Shown: in pieces, positions 47,449 through 57,761 of the stretch
How the letters are laid out: each line of letters starts with the position of its first letter
How positions within the stretch are numbered: position 1 is the stretch's first letter
DNA from: Winogradskyella sp.
GTDB lineage: Bacteria; Bacteroidota; Bacteroidia; Flavobacteriales; Flavobacteriaceae
NCBI RefSeq assembly: GCF_028289625.1
Contig: NZ_JANQOM010000053.1
Coordinates: forward strand, 2,023-66,022
DNA length: 64,000 nucleotides
Reading direction: 5' to 3'
Notes under the pieces: model-generated
Told to the model about the DNA's origin: nothing
Database searches by the model: none
What the model saw: only the letters and a program-made list of their open reading frames with translations
Translations under genes and position numbers: made by a program

Positions 47449-49047
47449 ATGATAAAGAAATTATTACTCCTGAGTATCACATTATTGCTGGTAAACTGTG
47501 GAAGTTCTTCAAAAGGTAACACCGCTTCGCAAATGAAGGAAGCAACAACTATTGATCCAACAGAATATGCAACTACAATTACCTCGGATGAATTAAAGGA
47601 AATGTTATATACCTATGCTTCAGATGAATTTGAAGGAAGAGATACAGGTGAAAAGGGCCAAAAAATGGCTGTAGAATACCTAAAAAACCAATACAAGTCC
47701 ATGGGTATTGCTACGCCGTTGGGCAACGACGATTATTTTCAGGAAGTCCCCTTAGAAAAACAAAGTGTAGCCGAAGCCAAAATTTCTGTCAATGAAACCA
47801 GTTTTAAAAGCTTTGAAGACCATATTGTTTTAAGGTCTCCTGGTAATGTATCCATTTCCGAAGGTGAAATCGTCTATATGGGTTATGGTATTGATGCGGA
47901 TAATTATTCAGATTACAAAGATATAAACGTCAAAGGTAAAATTGTTCTAGCTAAAGCAGGAGAACCAAAAGATGCAGAAGGTAATTATGTAACATCTGGT
48001 AAGCCAGAAAATACCAAATGGTCTTACGGTCGTCAATCAATTTCAAGTAAAAGGGATGCTGCAAGAGATCATGGAGCAAAAGGACTTATTTATATGGATA
48101 ATGACCTCTTTCTAAGATATGCATCATACTTCCAAAGATTAGCCTCAGCTGGTATCCCAGGACGATTGAGTTTGAAAAGTAATGAACCAGAAATGATGAT
48201 GTTGATGGTAAATGAAAATCTTGGTAAAGCCATATATAATACAATTCTAACTGATAATGAACAAAAATTAATCAAAACCAAAATAGAATTGTCCATTGAA
48301 AATAAATCGGAAATTGTAGCCTCAGAAAATGTGGTTGCTTACATTGAAGGTTCTGAAAAACCTGATGAATTTGTTGTTATCTCCGCTCACTTGGATCACG
48401 AAGGCATCAAAAACGGCGAAATTTACAACGGCGCTGATGATGATGGTTCTGGTACGGTAGCCCTTGTTGAAATTGCTGAAGCATTTAAAACGGCTGAAAA
48501 AGTAGGACATGGACCCAAACGCTCAATTTTATTTCTTCATGTAACAGGCGAGGAAAAAGGGCTTTTAGGCTCTAGACATTATACTGACAATGATCCTATA
48601 TTCCCTCTGGAAAATACAGTAGCTAATTTAAATATCGATATGATAGGTAGAACAGATCCTAAACGAGAAGAGGGCGATAGGAATTATGTATACCTTATTG
48701 GCAGTGATAAATTAAGTACAGAATTACATAACATTTCTGAAGCCGTTAACGCCAAATGTTGCAACATAGAATTAGACTATACCTACAACGACGACAACGA
48801 TCCTAATCGTTTTTATTACCGATCAGATCATTACAATTTTGCAAAAAATAATATTCCGGTTATCTTCTATTTTAATGGTACTCATGATGATTATCACAAA
48901 CCAAGTGATACACCAGATAAGATTGAATACGATTTGTTAGAGAATAGAGCACGCTTAGTGTTCCACACGGCTTGGGAGTTAGCTAACAGAAAAGAACGCA
49001 TTAAAGTAGACAAAGCTTTTGCCGAAACTAAACTGATGGGACAATAA
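47449..49047 (+). CDS. M28 family metallopeptidase lipoprotein with PA domain
   Basis: AHLDH, GADDDGSG, EEKGL, RSDH; PA insert GYGI...DY...VKGKIVL. Confidence 0.93.
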   Translation: MIKKLLLLSITLLLVNCGSSSKGNTASQMKEATTIDPTEYATTITSDELKEMLYTYASDEFEGRDTGEKGQKMAVEYLKNQYKSMGIATPLGNDDYFQEVPLEKQSVAEAKISVNETSFKSFEDHIVLRSPGNVSISEGEIVYMGYGIDADNYSDYKDINVKGKIVLAKAGEPKDAEGNYVTSGKPENTKWSYGRQSISSKRDAARDHGAKGLIYMDNDLFLRYASYFQRLASAGIPGRLSLKSNEPEMMMLMVNENLGKAIYNTILTDNEQKLIKTKIELSIENKSEIVASENVVAYIEGSEKPDEFVVISAHLDHEGIKNGEIYNGADDDGSGTVALVEIAEAFKTAEKVGHGPKRSILFLHVTGEEKGLLGSRHYTDNDPIFPLENTVANLNIDMIGRTDPKREEGDRNYVYLIGSDKLSTELHNISEAVNAKCCNIELDYTYNDDNDPNRFYYRSDHYNFAKNNIPVIFYFNGTHDDYHKPSDTPDKIEYDLLENRARLVFHTAWELANRKERIKVDKAFAETKLMGQ

Positions 49048-49067
49048 CCAAATAAGTAAAAAAAGGT

Positions 49068-49098
49068 TTTGCAAAAAAACGTAAATCCTTTACATTTG
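49068..49098 (+). promoter_or_regulatory. Sigma-A promoter of tRNA-His
   Basis: TTTG-N19-TACATTTG. Confidence 0.72.
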
Positions 49099-49114
49099 CA
49101 ATCCTAATTAAAAT

Positions 49115-49189
49115 GGTGGTTGTAGCTCAGTTGGTTAGAGCGCCTGATTGTGGTTCAGGAGGTCGTCGGTTCGAGACCGATCTTCCACC
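49115..49189 (+). tRNA. tRNA-His(GTG)
   Basis: encoded G-1; TAGCTCAGTTGGTTAGAGC D-arm; CCTGA-TTGTGGT-TCAGG anticodon arm; GGTTCGAGACC T-arm. Confidence 0.95.
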
Positions 49190-49200
49190 CAAAAAGACCA

Positions 49201-49228
49201 AGCCTTTCAGAAATGAAGGGCTTTTTTT
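49201..49228. terminator. Rho-independent terminator between tRNA-His and bshB1
   Basis: agcctttca-gaaa-tgaagggct followed by a T-run. Confidence 0.8.
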
Positions 49229-49234
49229 GTCCGC

Positions 49235-49957
49235 TTATATCAAGTCAAATAAAGAAGCTACAGCCGGATAACGCTCAACCGTAAAACCTTCACCATATTC
49301 AGTTCCGATAAGCCTTCCTATGTTTCTAGCTCTATAAGTAATACTATCGGTAAAGTTTTTGCTCGAAATTGGTGTTTCTGGCTCCTCACTGTTCGGATCA
49401 AAAAACTGTGTTCTATAGGCTTGAACCGATTCCATCTTTTTATCCATAAATCCAGTGACATCGACTACGATATCGGGTGTAAGATCTTTCCACTGAATAT
49501 AGTGATAAACGGCTTTTGGTCTCCAAGGTAATTGCCAATCATCTTCATCATCGTGCCTAGTATCAATTTTTCGTAAGCCACTTAAAAAACAGGCATCACT
49601 TACGAGTTGGCTAGCACGTCCATGATCAATGTGTCGATCTTCAATGGCATTGCATATTACTATTTCGGGCTTATACTTTCGTATTTCTTTAATAACTTCT
49701 ATTTGATGATGCCTATCATTAACAAAGAAGCCATCGGCAAATTCCATATTAGTGCGCATAGCTAAACCGAGAATCCGAGCGGCTTCAGTAGATTCTTCAT
49801 CACGCGTCTCAGCAGTGCCTCGAGTCCCCAATTCACCTCTGGTTAAATCTATAATCCCTACTTTTTTGCCATTGGCAACCTCTTTTGCAATCGTTGCCCC
49901 ACAACCTAATTCTACATCATCTGGATGTGCTCCAATGGCTAAAATGTCTAATTTCAT
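49235..49957 (-). CDS. bshB1: Bacillithiol biosynthesis deacetylase (PIG-L family)
   Basis: AHPDDVELGC, DLTRGELGTRG, RHIDH. Confidence 0.9.
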   Translation of the reverse strand: MKLDILAIGAHPDDVELGCGATIAKEVANGKKVGIIDLTRGELGTRGTAETRDEESTEAARILGLAMRTNMEFADGFFVNDRHHQIEVIKEIRKYKPEIVICNAIEDRHIDHGRASQLVSDACFLSGLRKIDTRHDDEDDWQLPWRPKAVYHYIQWKDLTPDIVVDVTGFMDKKMESVQAYRTQFFDPNSEEPETPISSKNFTDSITYRARNIGRLIGTEYGEGFTVERYPAVASLFDLI

Positions 49958-50104
49958 GTGTTACTTAGTTTTTTCAGATGTCAAAAATATTAAAAAGCAT
50001 ATAGAATATCGATTTCTTTTTATTCCGCAAACGGTTTCGTTTAAATTCTCCCCATATTTCTTATTAAATATATCACTAAAATTGAATAATTCGTAATTCC
50101 AAGA

Positions 50105-50152
50105 AAGCATGACATTCGTCATAATTATTGCTCTGTTCTACAAGTAATTTTA
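50105..50152 (+). promoter_or_regulatory. Palindromic operator plus -7-like box upstream of SLC13 permease
   Basis: AAGC-ATGACATTCGTCAT (50109-50122); TAATTTTA starts 36 nt after the palindrome start. Confidence 0.6.
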
Positions 50153-50178
50153 CTCTGTAATTCTTAGTAGACATAATT

Positions 50179-52017
50179 ATGAATTTAATGCTGGCCATCT
50201 TAATCATTACCATAGCTCTTTTTATTTGGGGGAAATTTACGCCAGATGTCGTTGCCTTACTTTCTATGTTAAGCCTATTCCTTTTTGGTATTTTAGATTT
50301 AACAGAAACCTTGAGCGGCTTTAGCAACCCAACTGTGATTATGATTGCCGCTTTATTTATAATCGGTGAGGGTTTATCCCAAACAGGATGGACTGCTTTA
50401 GCTGGTCAAAAATTCATAAAAATGGCCGGTAAGAGTACGACCAAACTTCTACTCATAACGACCCTAGGCTCTGGTCTTTTATCGGGAGTTGTCAGTAACA
50501 CAGGTACAGTGGCTACTTTAATGCCAGTAACCATTTCTTCCGCATGGAGTATCGGAACATTACCCTCTAAACTCCTAATGCCAGTAGCTTTCGGATCAAA
50601 TACTGGTGGTTTATTGACGTTAACAGGTACACCACCCAATATCATTGTTAATAACACCATGTTAGAAAGTGGTATGGAAGGCTTTTCCTTCTTTGAATTT
50701 GCATTAATAGGCTTACCGTTATTACTTATTACACTTGTCTACTTCAGATATATAGGATATAGATTATTACCCAGCAACAAAACCAATAACAAACCTGTAG
50801 ATATAAGCACTACACTTCATAAATGGATTGAAGCTTACAAAGTAGATGACGACTATTATCGACTTAGAGTCCGTTCGGTATCCCCTTTACTCGATACTAC
50901 ACTAGGGCAATGGAAGTTTGAAGACAAGCATCAAGTCTCTATCCTAAGAATTAAGCGACGTTATCCCAATCTTCTAAAACGTAATGAGTCCTTTATAGAA
51001 TTTCCCTCCGATGATACTGAATTTAAGTATCATGATATTATCACTGTAAAGGGAGATACTGAGGCCATCAATGCCCTAATGATTAGATTTAGATTAGGTC
51101 TTTTACCATTAGAACCAATTGCAGACGAACTTCGAAACAACCTTATCAACCAAGAGGTTGGTATGACTGAAATTATAGTAACACCGAAGTCAACCTTAGT
51201 AGGAAGAAAAGTAAGAATAGGCCGCTTCTTTAAACGATTTGGTGTTCAACTGATGGCCGCATCTAGAAACAACAAGGCGTTTACAGATCGCGAAATTGTG
51301 GTTAAAGCTGGTGATGCTTTTTTAATACGTGGTATCTGGAGCGATATAGAACAACTAAAAGCTCATCACGAAAATTTAGTCATCATTGGAAGTCCTGAAG
51401 GTATGGCCAAAACCGTGACCAACATCACTCACAAATCGTATATCGCACTTTTTGCACTGGTTTTAATGATAGGCTTATTAGTATTTAAAATCGTTCCTGG
51501 TGCTGTAGCTGCTTTAATCTCAGCTGGAATCGTTTTAGTATCGGGTTGTGTACCAATAACAAAGGCATATAAAGGCATCAGTTGGATTAGTGTCGTCATG
51601 ATAGCCGCAATGATTCCAATGGGATTAGCACTCCAAAAAACAGGAGTCGCACAGCTTATTGCCAGTGGTCTTGTTGAAACCTTGGGGAACTTACATCCTA
51701 TTGTATTACTAGGTGGCATATTCCTATTGACAACAACATTTAGCCAAGTGATTAATAATTCTGCTACGGCAGTGCTAATGGCACCAATTGTCATATTAGC
51801 CGCCAACAGTCTTAACCTGTCTGCAACACCATTTATGATTGCTGTAGCCATAAGCGCTTCAACAGCTTTCCTAACACCAGTTGGAACAACAACAAATGCC
51901 ATGGTGATGACAGGTGGTGGTTATAAGTTCAAAGACTATGTAACAGTAGGAGCACCTTTGCTTCTGCTATTCTTAATAACAACATTACTATTAGTGCCAT
52001 TGATTTGGCCGTTTTAA
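50179..52017 (+). CDS. SLC13/CitMHS-type permease with TrkA-C domains
   Basis: GFSNP, SNTG, LTLTGTPPNIIV, INNSATA, FLTPVG, GGYKFKDY. Confidence 0.9.
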   Translation: MNLMLAILIITIALFIWGKFTPDVVALLSMLSLFLFGILDLTETLSGFSNPTVIMIAALFIIGEGLSQTGWTALAGQKFIKMAGKSTTKLLLITTLGSGLLSGVVSNTGTVATLMPVTISSAWSIGTLPSKLLMPVAFGSNTGGLLTLTGTPPNIIVNNTMLESGMEGFSFFEFALIGLPLLLITLVYFRYIGYRLLPSNKTNNKPVDISTTLHKWIEAYKVDDDYYRLRVRSVSPLLDTTLGQWKFEDKHQVSILRIKRRYPNLLKRNESFIEFPSDDTEFKYHDIITVKGDTEAINALMIRFRLGLLPLEPIADELRNNLINQEVGMTEIIVTPKSTLVGRKVRIGRFFKRFGVQLMAASRNNKAFTDREIVVKAGDAFLIRGIWSDIEQLKAHHENLVIIGSPEGMAKTVTNITHKSYIALFALVLMIGLLVFKIVPGAVAALISAGIVLVSGCVPITKAYKGISWISVVMIAAMIPMGLALQKTGVAQLIASGLVETLGNLHPIVLLGGIFLLTTTFSQVINNSATAVLMAPIVILAANSLNLSATPFMIAVAISASTAFLTPVGTTTNAMVMTGGGYKFKDYVTVGAPLLLLFLITTLLLVPLIWPF

Positions 52018-52067
52018 GTGGAGTAAAAAAATAAATAGAAAAATAATGGACTATTAAACATATAATT

Positions 52068-53963
52068 ATGGAAACATTAGAATTTAAAAAAGATACTTTA
52101 CCTGTTGGTAACATTTCAGAATTACGGGAGTTACTTGATGTTGCACCAAGTGTTACGCTTGCAAGGAACACTGATGAACTTGTAGATTTAGCCGTTGGCG
52201 GCGAGTTGAACAAAACCAAAGAAGTTCGATTTGATTTGCCAGATGGAAGTAGTTATCACGAAGTAGACGTGATGCGAACTAAAAATGGTATAGCAGCAAA
52301 TTATACTGAGGTTTACATGCGCAGACGAGATCCTGAATGTATGGTAATAGCAGATGACCGACCTACCGATAAGCCTACATTTAAAGATCGGTTTGGAACC
52401 AGCTTTGATTCCCTTAGAGAAGAAACATTCGAGTGGTTAAAAAAACAAGACTTGGCCATGTTTTATTTTCATGCTGGTAAACCAGGTATGGGCTATAATG
52501 CAGTAGCGATTATCCCAGCTAATTGCGGTTTCTTTGGATTGGGATTAGCGCTCTTGCAGGGCATATTAGACTATACGGACTTACCTGAGGATTTTTCACC
52601 TGAAGCTGTTATTTATGTGGCACCTCCATTTAGACACACGCACTTTGAGGGAAAACAAGTTGTAGTACACAACAGAATACCTGATAAATATGAAATGTTC
52701 TCTTATAACCTCTATCCAGGACCAAGTGCAAAAAAAGGAGTCTATGGTATGCTAATTGGTAAAGGTGAAGATGAAGGTTGGGTAACGGCACACTGTTCCG
52801 CAGTAAGAGTAACTACACCTTATGATAACGTAATAACCATGATGCACGAAGGTGCCAGTGGTGGTGGGAAAAGTGAGATGCTACAACAGCCTCACAGACT
52901 TGATAATGGTAGAATCTTACTTGGAAAAAACATTTTCACTGACGAAGAATTTGCCTTAGAGCTTCCAAGGACCTGCGATTTGAGTCCTGTAACTGATGAT
53001 ATGGCCTTATGCCATCCTAACTTGCAGCAGGATGCCAAAAAACTTTGGCTAGAGGATGCCGAAGATGCTTGGTTTGTTAGAGTAGATCACATAAAACACT
53101 ATGGAACGGATATCACACTTGAGAAAATTACGGCTCAATCTGAGCAACCACTTTTATTCCTAAATATTGAAGCAGTACCAGGTGGAAGGGCGATGATTTG
53201 GGATCATGTTGAGGATAAACCAGGAGTACCATGTCCAAACCCAAGAGTAATTTTACCTAGGGACGCTATGCCAGGAGTGTATTCAGGATCTGTGAGGGTA
53301 GACATTAGAAGTATTGGGTTAAGAACTCCCCCTTGTAGCAAGGAAGAGCCAAATTATGGTATCGTTGGATTAATGCACGTTTTACCACCAGCTCTGGCTT
53401 GGTTATGGCGTTTAGTAGCTCCAAGAGGGCACGCTAATCCTAGTATTATTCAAACCGAAGGTATTAGTAGTGAAGGTGTTGGAAGCTATTGGCCATTTGC
53501 TACTGGTAAGAAAGTAAAACAAGCCAATTTGCTTTTAGAGCAAATAATCAGAACTCCTGGTGTTAAGTACATTCTAACACCAAACCAACATATTGGGGCT
53601 TGGAAAACCAGTTTTATGCCACAATGGATAAGTAGAGAATTTTTGGCTAGACGCGGAAATGCTAGTTTTAACGAGGAACAAATAAGCCCTTCTAGATGTA
53701 GTTTATTAGGTTATAGCTTAAACTCTATGAAGGTTGAAGGTGTAAGAGTCTCCAGAAGATTCCTTAAGGTTGAAAGACAAGAAGAAGTTGGAACTGAAGC
53801 TTACGACCAAGGTGCTGAAATGTTATATGATTTCTTCGTAAAAACCTTGGCTCAATTCCAAGATGAAAATTTACATCCATTGGGTCAAAAAATTATTGAA
53901 TGTTGTTTGAACCGTGGTACCATAGAAGATTACGAAAGAATCTTTAATGAGTATGTAAAATAA
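52068..53963 (+). CDS. DUF4914 family protein (PEP carboxykinase-like P-loop)
   Basis: MRRRDP, YPGPSAKKGVY, AHCS, GASGGGKS, TDD, NPRV. Confidence 0.8.
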   Translation: METLEFKKDTLPVGNISELRELLDVAPSVTLARNTDELVDLAVGGELNKTKEVRFDLPDGSSYHEVDVMRTKNGIAANYTEVYMRRRDPECMVIADDRPTDKPTFKDRFGTSFDSLREETFEWLKKQDLAMFYFHAGKPGMGYNAVAIIPANCGFFGLGLALLQGILDYTDLPEDFSPEAVIYVAPPFRHTHFEGKQVVVHNRIPDKYEMFSYNLYPGPSAKKGVYGMLIGKGEDEGWVTAHCSAVRVTTPYDNVITMMHEGASGGGKSEMLQQPHRLDNGRILLGKNIFTDEEFALELPRTCDLSPVTDDMALCHPNLQQDAKKLWLEDAEDAWFVRVDHIKHYGTDITLEKITAQSEQPLLFLNIEAVPGGRAMIWDHVEDKPGVPCPNPRVILPRDAMPGVYSGSVRVDIRSIGLRTPPCSKEEPNYGIVGLMHVLPPALAWLWRLVAPRGHANPSIIQTEGISSEGVGSYWPFATGKKVKQANLLLEQIIRTPGVKYILTPNQHIGAWKTSFMPQWISREFLARRGNASFNEEQISPSRCSLLGYSLNSMKVEGVRVSRRFLKVERQEEVGTEAYDQGAEMLYDFFVKTLAQFQDENLHPLGQKIIECCLNRGTIEDYERIFNEYVK

Positions 53964-54012
53964 TTTAGAAGTCATTAATATTCAATCTGTCATATAAAAG
54001 TGAGGATAACTA

Positions 54013-54056
54013 ATGTCAAATAAGGGTTTTTGAATGCATCAATCCTTATTTGACAT
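54013..54056. terminator. Long inverted repeat after DUF4914 gene (terminator or RNA stem)
   Basis: atgtcaaataagg 54013-54025 / ccttatttgacat 54044-54056. Confidence 0.55.
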
Positions 54057-54087
54057 GGCTTTCATAGTTTTTAAAACTCTAAAAAAT

Positions 54088-54135
54088 AAGCATGATAAAT
54101 ATCATAGATTTTTGGTCTTAAACGAAGTAATTTTA
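54088..54135 (+). promoter_or_regulatory. Palindromic operator plus -7-like box upstream of pckA
   Basis: AAGC-ATGATAAATATCAT (54092-54105); TAATTTTA starts 36 nt after the palindrome start. Confidence 0.6.
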
Positions 54136-54205
54136 TGCATTCATAAATATTATTTATGATACTCATAAATCATTCTTTTGCAAAAAAAATCACAAACATA
54201 TAATC

Positions 54206-55843
54206 ATGGAAACATTATTAAAAGAACCAATTATGAAAACTAGAGACCTCACTAAGTATGGCATAATAGATTCTAAAGTACATTGGAATTTATCGCCAGA
54301 AGAATTACAAGCCATTACCGTAGAAAAGGGAATGGGGAAAGAGACTGCAAATGGTACATTGGCCATTAATACTGGGAAATTTACTGGACGTTCACCTCAA
54401 GATCGATTCTTAGTAAAAGATGATTATACAACAAATAGAGTATGGTGGGGAAAAACAAATAAAGGAATATCTCCTGAAAATTTTGATTATTTACAGTCTG
54501 AAATAGAAAAATACCTTAGTGGTAAAGAGATTTTTGCTAGAGATGGTTTTGTATGCTCCGACCCTAAGTATAGAATGGGTGTAAGAACTATAACTGAATA
54601 TCCTTGGTCTAATATGTTTATTTATAATATGTTCTTAAGACCAACAGCCGAAGAATTAGAGAACTTTGAAGAAGAGTGGTTGGTACTTTGTGCACCTGGT
54701 TACGAATGCCCAGAACCAGCTAAACGCGGACTTAGACAAGGTAACTTCTCAATACTTAATTTTACTAAGAAGATAGCACTTGTAGGTGGTTCCGCCTATA
54801 CAGGCGAAATGAAAAAAGGTATTTTCTCTGCTCTTAATATGATTTTACCTGTTGATAAAAACGTATTACCAATGCACTGTTCAGCTAATGTTGGCGAAGA
54901 TGGTGAAACCGCTATTTTTTTCGGTTTATCAGGAACTGGTAAAACTACTTTATCTGCCGATCCTGATCGTAAACTTATTGGTGATGATGAGCATGGTTGG
55001 ACAGCTGAAAATAGAATCTTTAATTTTGAAGGTGGATGTTATGCGAAATGTATAGACCTTACAGAAGAAAAAGAACCAGACATTTATAGAGCTATAAAGC
55101 CAGGGGCTATTCTTGAAAATGTGATTTTTAAGGACAATAATGAGGTAGATTATTTTGATAGCACCATTACACAGAATACGCGAGTAAGTTATCCATTATA
55201 TCATATAGATAATATACAAACACCATCTTATGCCGATAAACCCAAGAATATCTTCTTCTTAACTTGTGACGCATTTGGTGTATTACCGCCAGTATCGAAA
55301 TTAACTCCTGGTCAGGCCGCTTATCACTTTATATCTGGTTACACAGCTAAGGTAGCAGGTACAGAAGCAGGAATTACAGAGCCTGTACCATCATTCTCAG
55401 CATGTTTCGGTGAACCATTTATGCCATTACACCCAACAAAGTATGCAGAAATGTTAAGTGCAAAAATGCAAGAAGCTGGAGTTAACGTTTGGTTAGTAAA
55501 TACAGGATGGAGCGGTGGCCCATACGGTGTGGGTTCTCGCATAAAACTTAAATATACAAGAGCTATGATAACAGCCATTCTTAATGGAGACTTAGACAAT
55601 GTAGATTTCGAACAACATCCAATATTTGGATTATTTATGCCGAAGTATTGCCCTAATGTTCCAACGGAAATGTTAGACCCAATGAATACTTGGTTACAAA
55701 AAGGAGCTTACATAAGTAAAGCTATACAATTAGCACATTCTTTCCACTTGAATTTTGAAAAATTTGCAAGTGAGGCTTCAAATCAAATCATAGAAGGCGG
55801 TCCACTAATTGATGAACACCATCACTTAAACGACCACGTTTAA
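54206..55843 (+). CDS. pckA: Phosphoenolpyruvate carboxykinase (ATP)
   Basis: TGRSP, YTGEMKKG, MHCSAN, GLSGTGKTTLS, IGDDEHGW, FEGGCYAK, NTRVSYP. Confidence 0.98.
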   Translation: METLLKEPIMKTRDLTKYGIIDSKVHWNLSPEELQAITVEKGMGKETANGTLAINTGKFTGRSPQDRFLVKDDYTTNRVWWGKTNKGISPENFDYLQSEIEKYLSGKEIFARDGFVCSDPKYRMGVRTITEYPWSNMFIYNMFLRPTAEELENFEEEWLVLCAPGYECPEPAKRGLRQGNFSILNFTKKIALVGGSAYTGEMKKGIFSALNMILPVDKNVLPMHCSANVGEDGETAIFFGLSGTGKTTLSADPDRKLIGDDEHGWTAENRIFNFEGGCYAKCIDLTEEKEPDIYRAIKPGAILENVIFKDNNEVDYFDSTITQNTRVSYPLYHIDNIQTPSYADKPKNIFFLTCDAFGVLPPVSKLTPGQAAYHFISGYTAKVAGTEAGITEPVPSFSACFGEPFMPLHPTKYAEMLSAKMQEAGVNVWLVNTGWSGGPYGVGSRIKLKYTRAMITAILNGDLDNVDFEQHPIFGLFMPKYCPNVPTEMLDPMNTWLQKGAYISKAIQLAHSFHLNFEKFASEASNQIIEGGPLIDEHHHLNDHV

Positions 55844-55857
55844 TAATTCCATGACAG

Positions 55858-55887
55858 AGAGGAGCTCTTTCCGAGCTCCTCTTTTTT
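55858..55887 (+). terminator. Rho-independent terminator of pckA
   Basis: agaggagctc-tttcc-gagctcctct followed by a T-run. Confidence 0.85.
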
Positions 55888-55898
55888 AATCACTCACA

Positions 55899-56591
55899 AT
55901 GAGACCCCAACTTTTCCCTCTTTTTTTATTTTTATTCACTTTTCAATTATTTTCACAAAATCCTTCGGAAAATCATCTTGGTTCCTGGTATACCTATGGT
56001 AGCCAACACAGATTAAGCGAACGAATAAGTCTATGTCCATATTCCGAATTGCGATTTTATGAGCCTTCATCAAATTATAATTTGGCCTTTGCATCAATAA
56101 GGGGAAACTATCATTTTAGTGCTAATCAAACCGTAGGTCTAGGTTATGCCTATTTAGATATTGACACTGTTTTTGAGTTTGATAATGAACCTAATATACA
56201 CGAGCATCGTATTTTTGAACAGTACACATTTTCGCACAAAGTTTCTCAAATCAGCCTGAGCCATCGTGCGCGTTTAGAACATCGATTTTTAGATTTCTCG
56301 GAGAGAAACGAACTTCAAAACCGTTTCCGTTATCGCATAAGCCTTAAGTACGATTTAAGCAAAACGTTCTTTGTGCTTGTGTCTGAAGAACCCTTTGTGA
56401 ATTTCCAAGACCAGGTATTTCATGAAAACCGTTTTTACGCCGGAATCGGCATTAACGTTCTAAAAAACTCCCGACTTCAAATAGGCTATTTAAAACAACA
56501 CATTAGAAAAAACAACTTGAATAGAATTCAAATTGGAATAAGCATAAAAACAGATTCCAGAAAATCAAAAACTAAGTTAGCACAGCTATAG
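55899..56591 (+). CDS. DUF2490 outer-membrane protein
   Basis: EHRIFEQ, HRARLEHRF, RFRYR, NRFYAG. Confidence 0.85.
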   Translation: MRPQLFPLFLFLFTFQLFSQNPSENHLGSWYTYGSQHRLSERISLCPYSELRFYEPSSNYNLAFASIRGNYHFSANQTVGLGYAYLDIDTVFEFDNEPNIHEHRIFEQYTFSHKVSQISLSHRARLEHRFLDFSERNELQNRFRYRISLKYDLSKTFFVLVSEEPFVNFQDQVFHENRFYAGIGINVLKNSRLQIGYLKQHIRKNNLNRIQIGISIKTDSRKSKTKLAQL

Positions 56592-57717
56592 CCTGATCGA
56601 TATCTCTCTTTACATCTTTGAACTCCTCAATCCCAACAGAAAACCGAATCAACTGATCACTTATACCAACAGCTTCGCGTTCTTCTTGGGTCAATAAAGC
56701 ATGTGACGTTAAATGCGGAGAAATAACTGTACTCTCAATGCCTGCTAAACTCATCGATGGCTTAATCAATTTTAAGGCTTTTTGAAATTCATAGGCATCC
56801 AAGCCTTCTATTAATTCAAAAGATAACATAGCACCAAAACCATTCATTTGTAACTTTGCCAGTTTATGCTCAGGATGCGTTTTTAAGCCTGGATAGTATA
56901 CTTTAGCAATCTTAGGATGTTTGTACAACCATTTAGCTAGTTTCATGGCGTTTTTAGTTTGCGCTTTTACACGGAGTCCCAAAGTTTTCATACTACGTTC
57001 TAACATCCAAACAGTCATATCGCTTAAACTTCCGCCTAGGTTTTTGCTAACATTCCAAATTCTATCTATATGTTCTTGGCTACTTGCAACGGCTCCAGCA
57101 CATATATCACTATGGCCACCAAAATACTTGGTTGCTGAATGCATTACCATATCGATACCCAAATCGATTGGGTTTTGGTTAACTGGCGATGCAAATGTAT
57201 TGTCAATTGAAGTTAGAATCTGTTTAGACTTTGCTAGTTTAACCACCGCCTTTATATCGGTAATAGTCAGCAAAGGGTTTGAAGGTGTTTCTATGTGAAT
57301 CAACTTTGTATTCTCTTTTATTGCAGCTTCAAAATCTTCAACTTTATAGCCATTGGTAAAAGTATAGGTAATACCATACTTTGGAAATTCCTCCTTAATA
57401 AAATTAACCGTTCCTCCATATAAAGTGTTTTGTACGACCAAGTGATCGCCTTTTTCTAAAAAAGCAAAAAACATATGGCTAATGGCTGCCATTCCAGACC
57501 CAAAAATCAAAGCTGCTTCAGTATGTTCCAAAGCAGCAATCTTCTTAGCTAGGTATTCCTGATTTGGAGTATTAAAATATCTAGGATAGCGTTTTACATC
57601 AACATCTAAAAACTCGTAAGATGAGCTTAAATAGATGGGGGAAACAGCTCCTTTAAATTGCTTATCCTTAATTTCACCAACATGGGTACATATGGTATTT
57701 AATCCTAATTTTTTCAT
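56572..57717 (-). CDS. PLP-dependent trans-sulfuration enzyme (cystathionine beta-lyase/gamma-synthase family)
   Basis: SGMAAI, ETPSNP, DNTFASP, HSATKYFGGHSD, IRFSVGIE. Confidence 0.92.
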   Translation of the reverse strand: MKKLGLNTICTHVGEIKDKQFKGAVSPIYLSSSYEFLDVDVKRYPRYFNTPNQEYLAKKIAALEHTEAALIFGSGMAAISHMFFAFLEKGDHLVVQNTLYGGTVNFIKEEFPKYGITYTFTNGYKVEDFEAAIKENTKLIHIETPSNPLLTITDIKAVVKLAKSKQILTSIDNTFASPVNQNPIDLGIDMVMHSATKYFGGHSDICAGAVASSQEHIDRIWNVSKNLGGSLSDMTVWMLERSMKTLGLRVKAQTKNAMKLAKWLYKHPKIAKVYYPGLKTHPEHKLAKLQMNGFGAMLSFELIEGLDAYEFQKALKLIKPSMSLAGIESTVISPHLTSHALLTQEEREAVGISDQLIRFSVGIEEFKDVKRDIDQAIAVLT

Positions 57718-57761
57718 GTTATAAAAATAAGAAATAAGACTTTTAAAATTTTTAAAGAAAC

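Noticed and set aside
44795..49189. tRNA-anchored genomic island between tRNA-Ser and tRNA-His
   Set aside because: No duplicated tRNA 3' end or integrase was seen; the intervening genes look like core genes.
49115..49189. tRNA-His as a pseudogene because of two U.U pairs in the acceptor stem
   Set aside because: D, anticodon and T arms, G-1, promoter and terminator are intact, so it is most likely functional.
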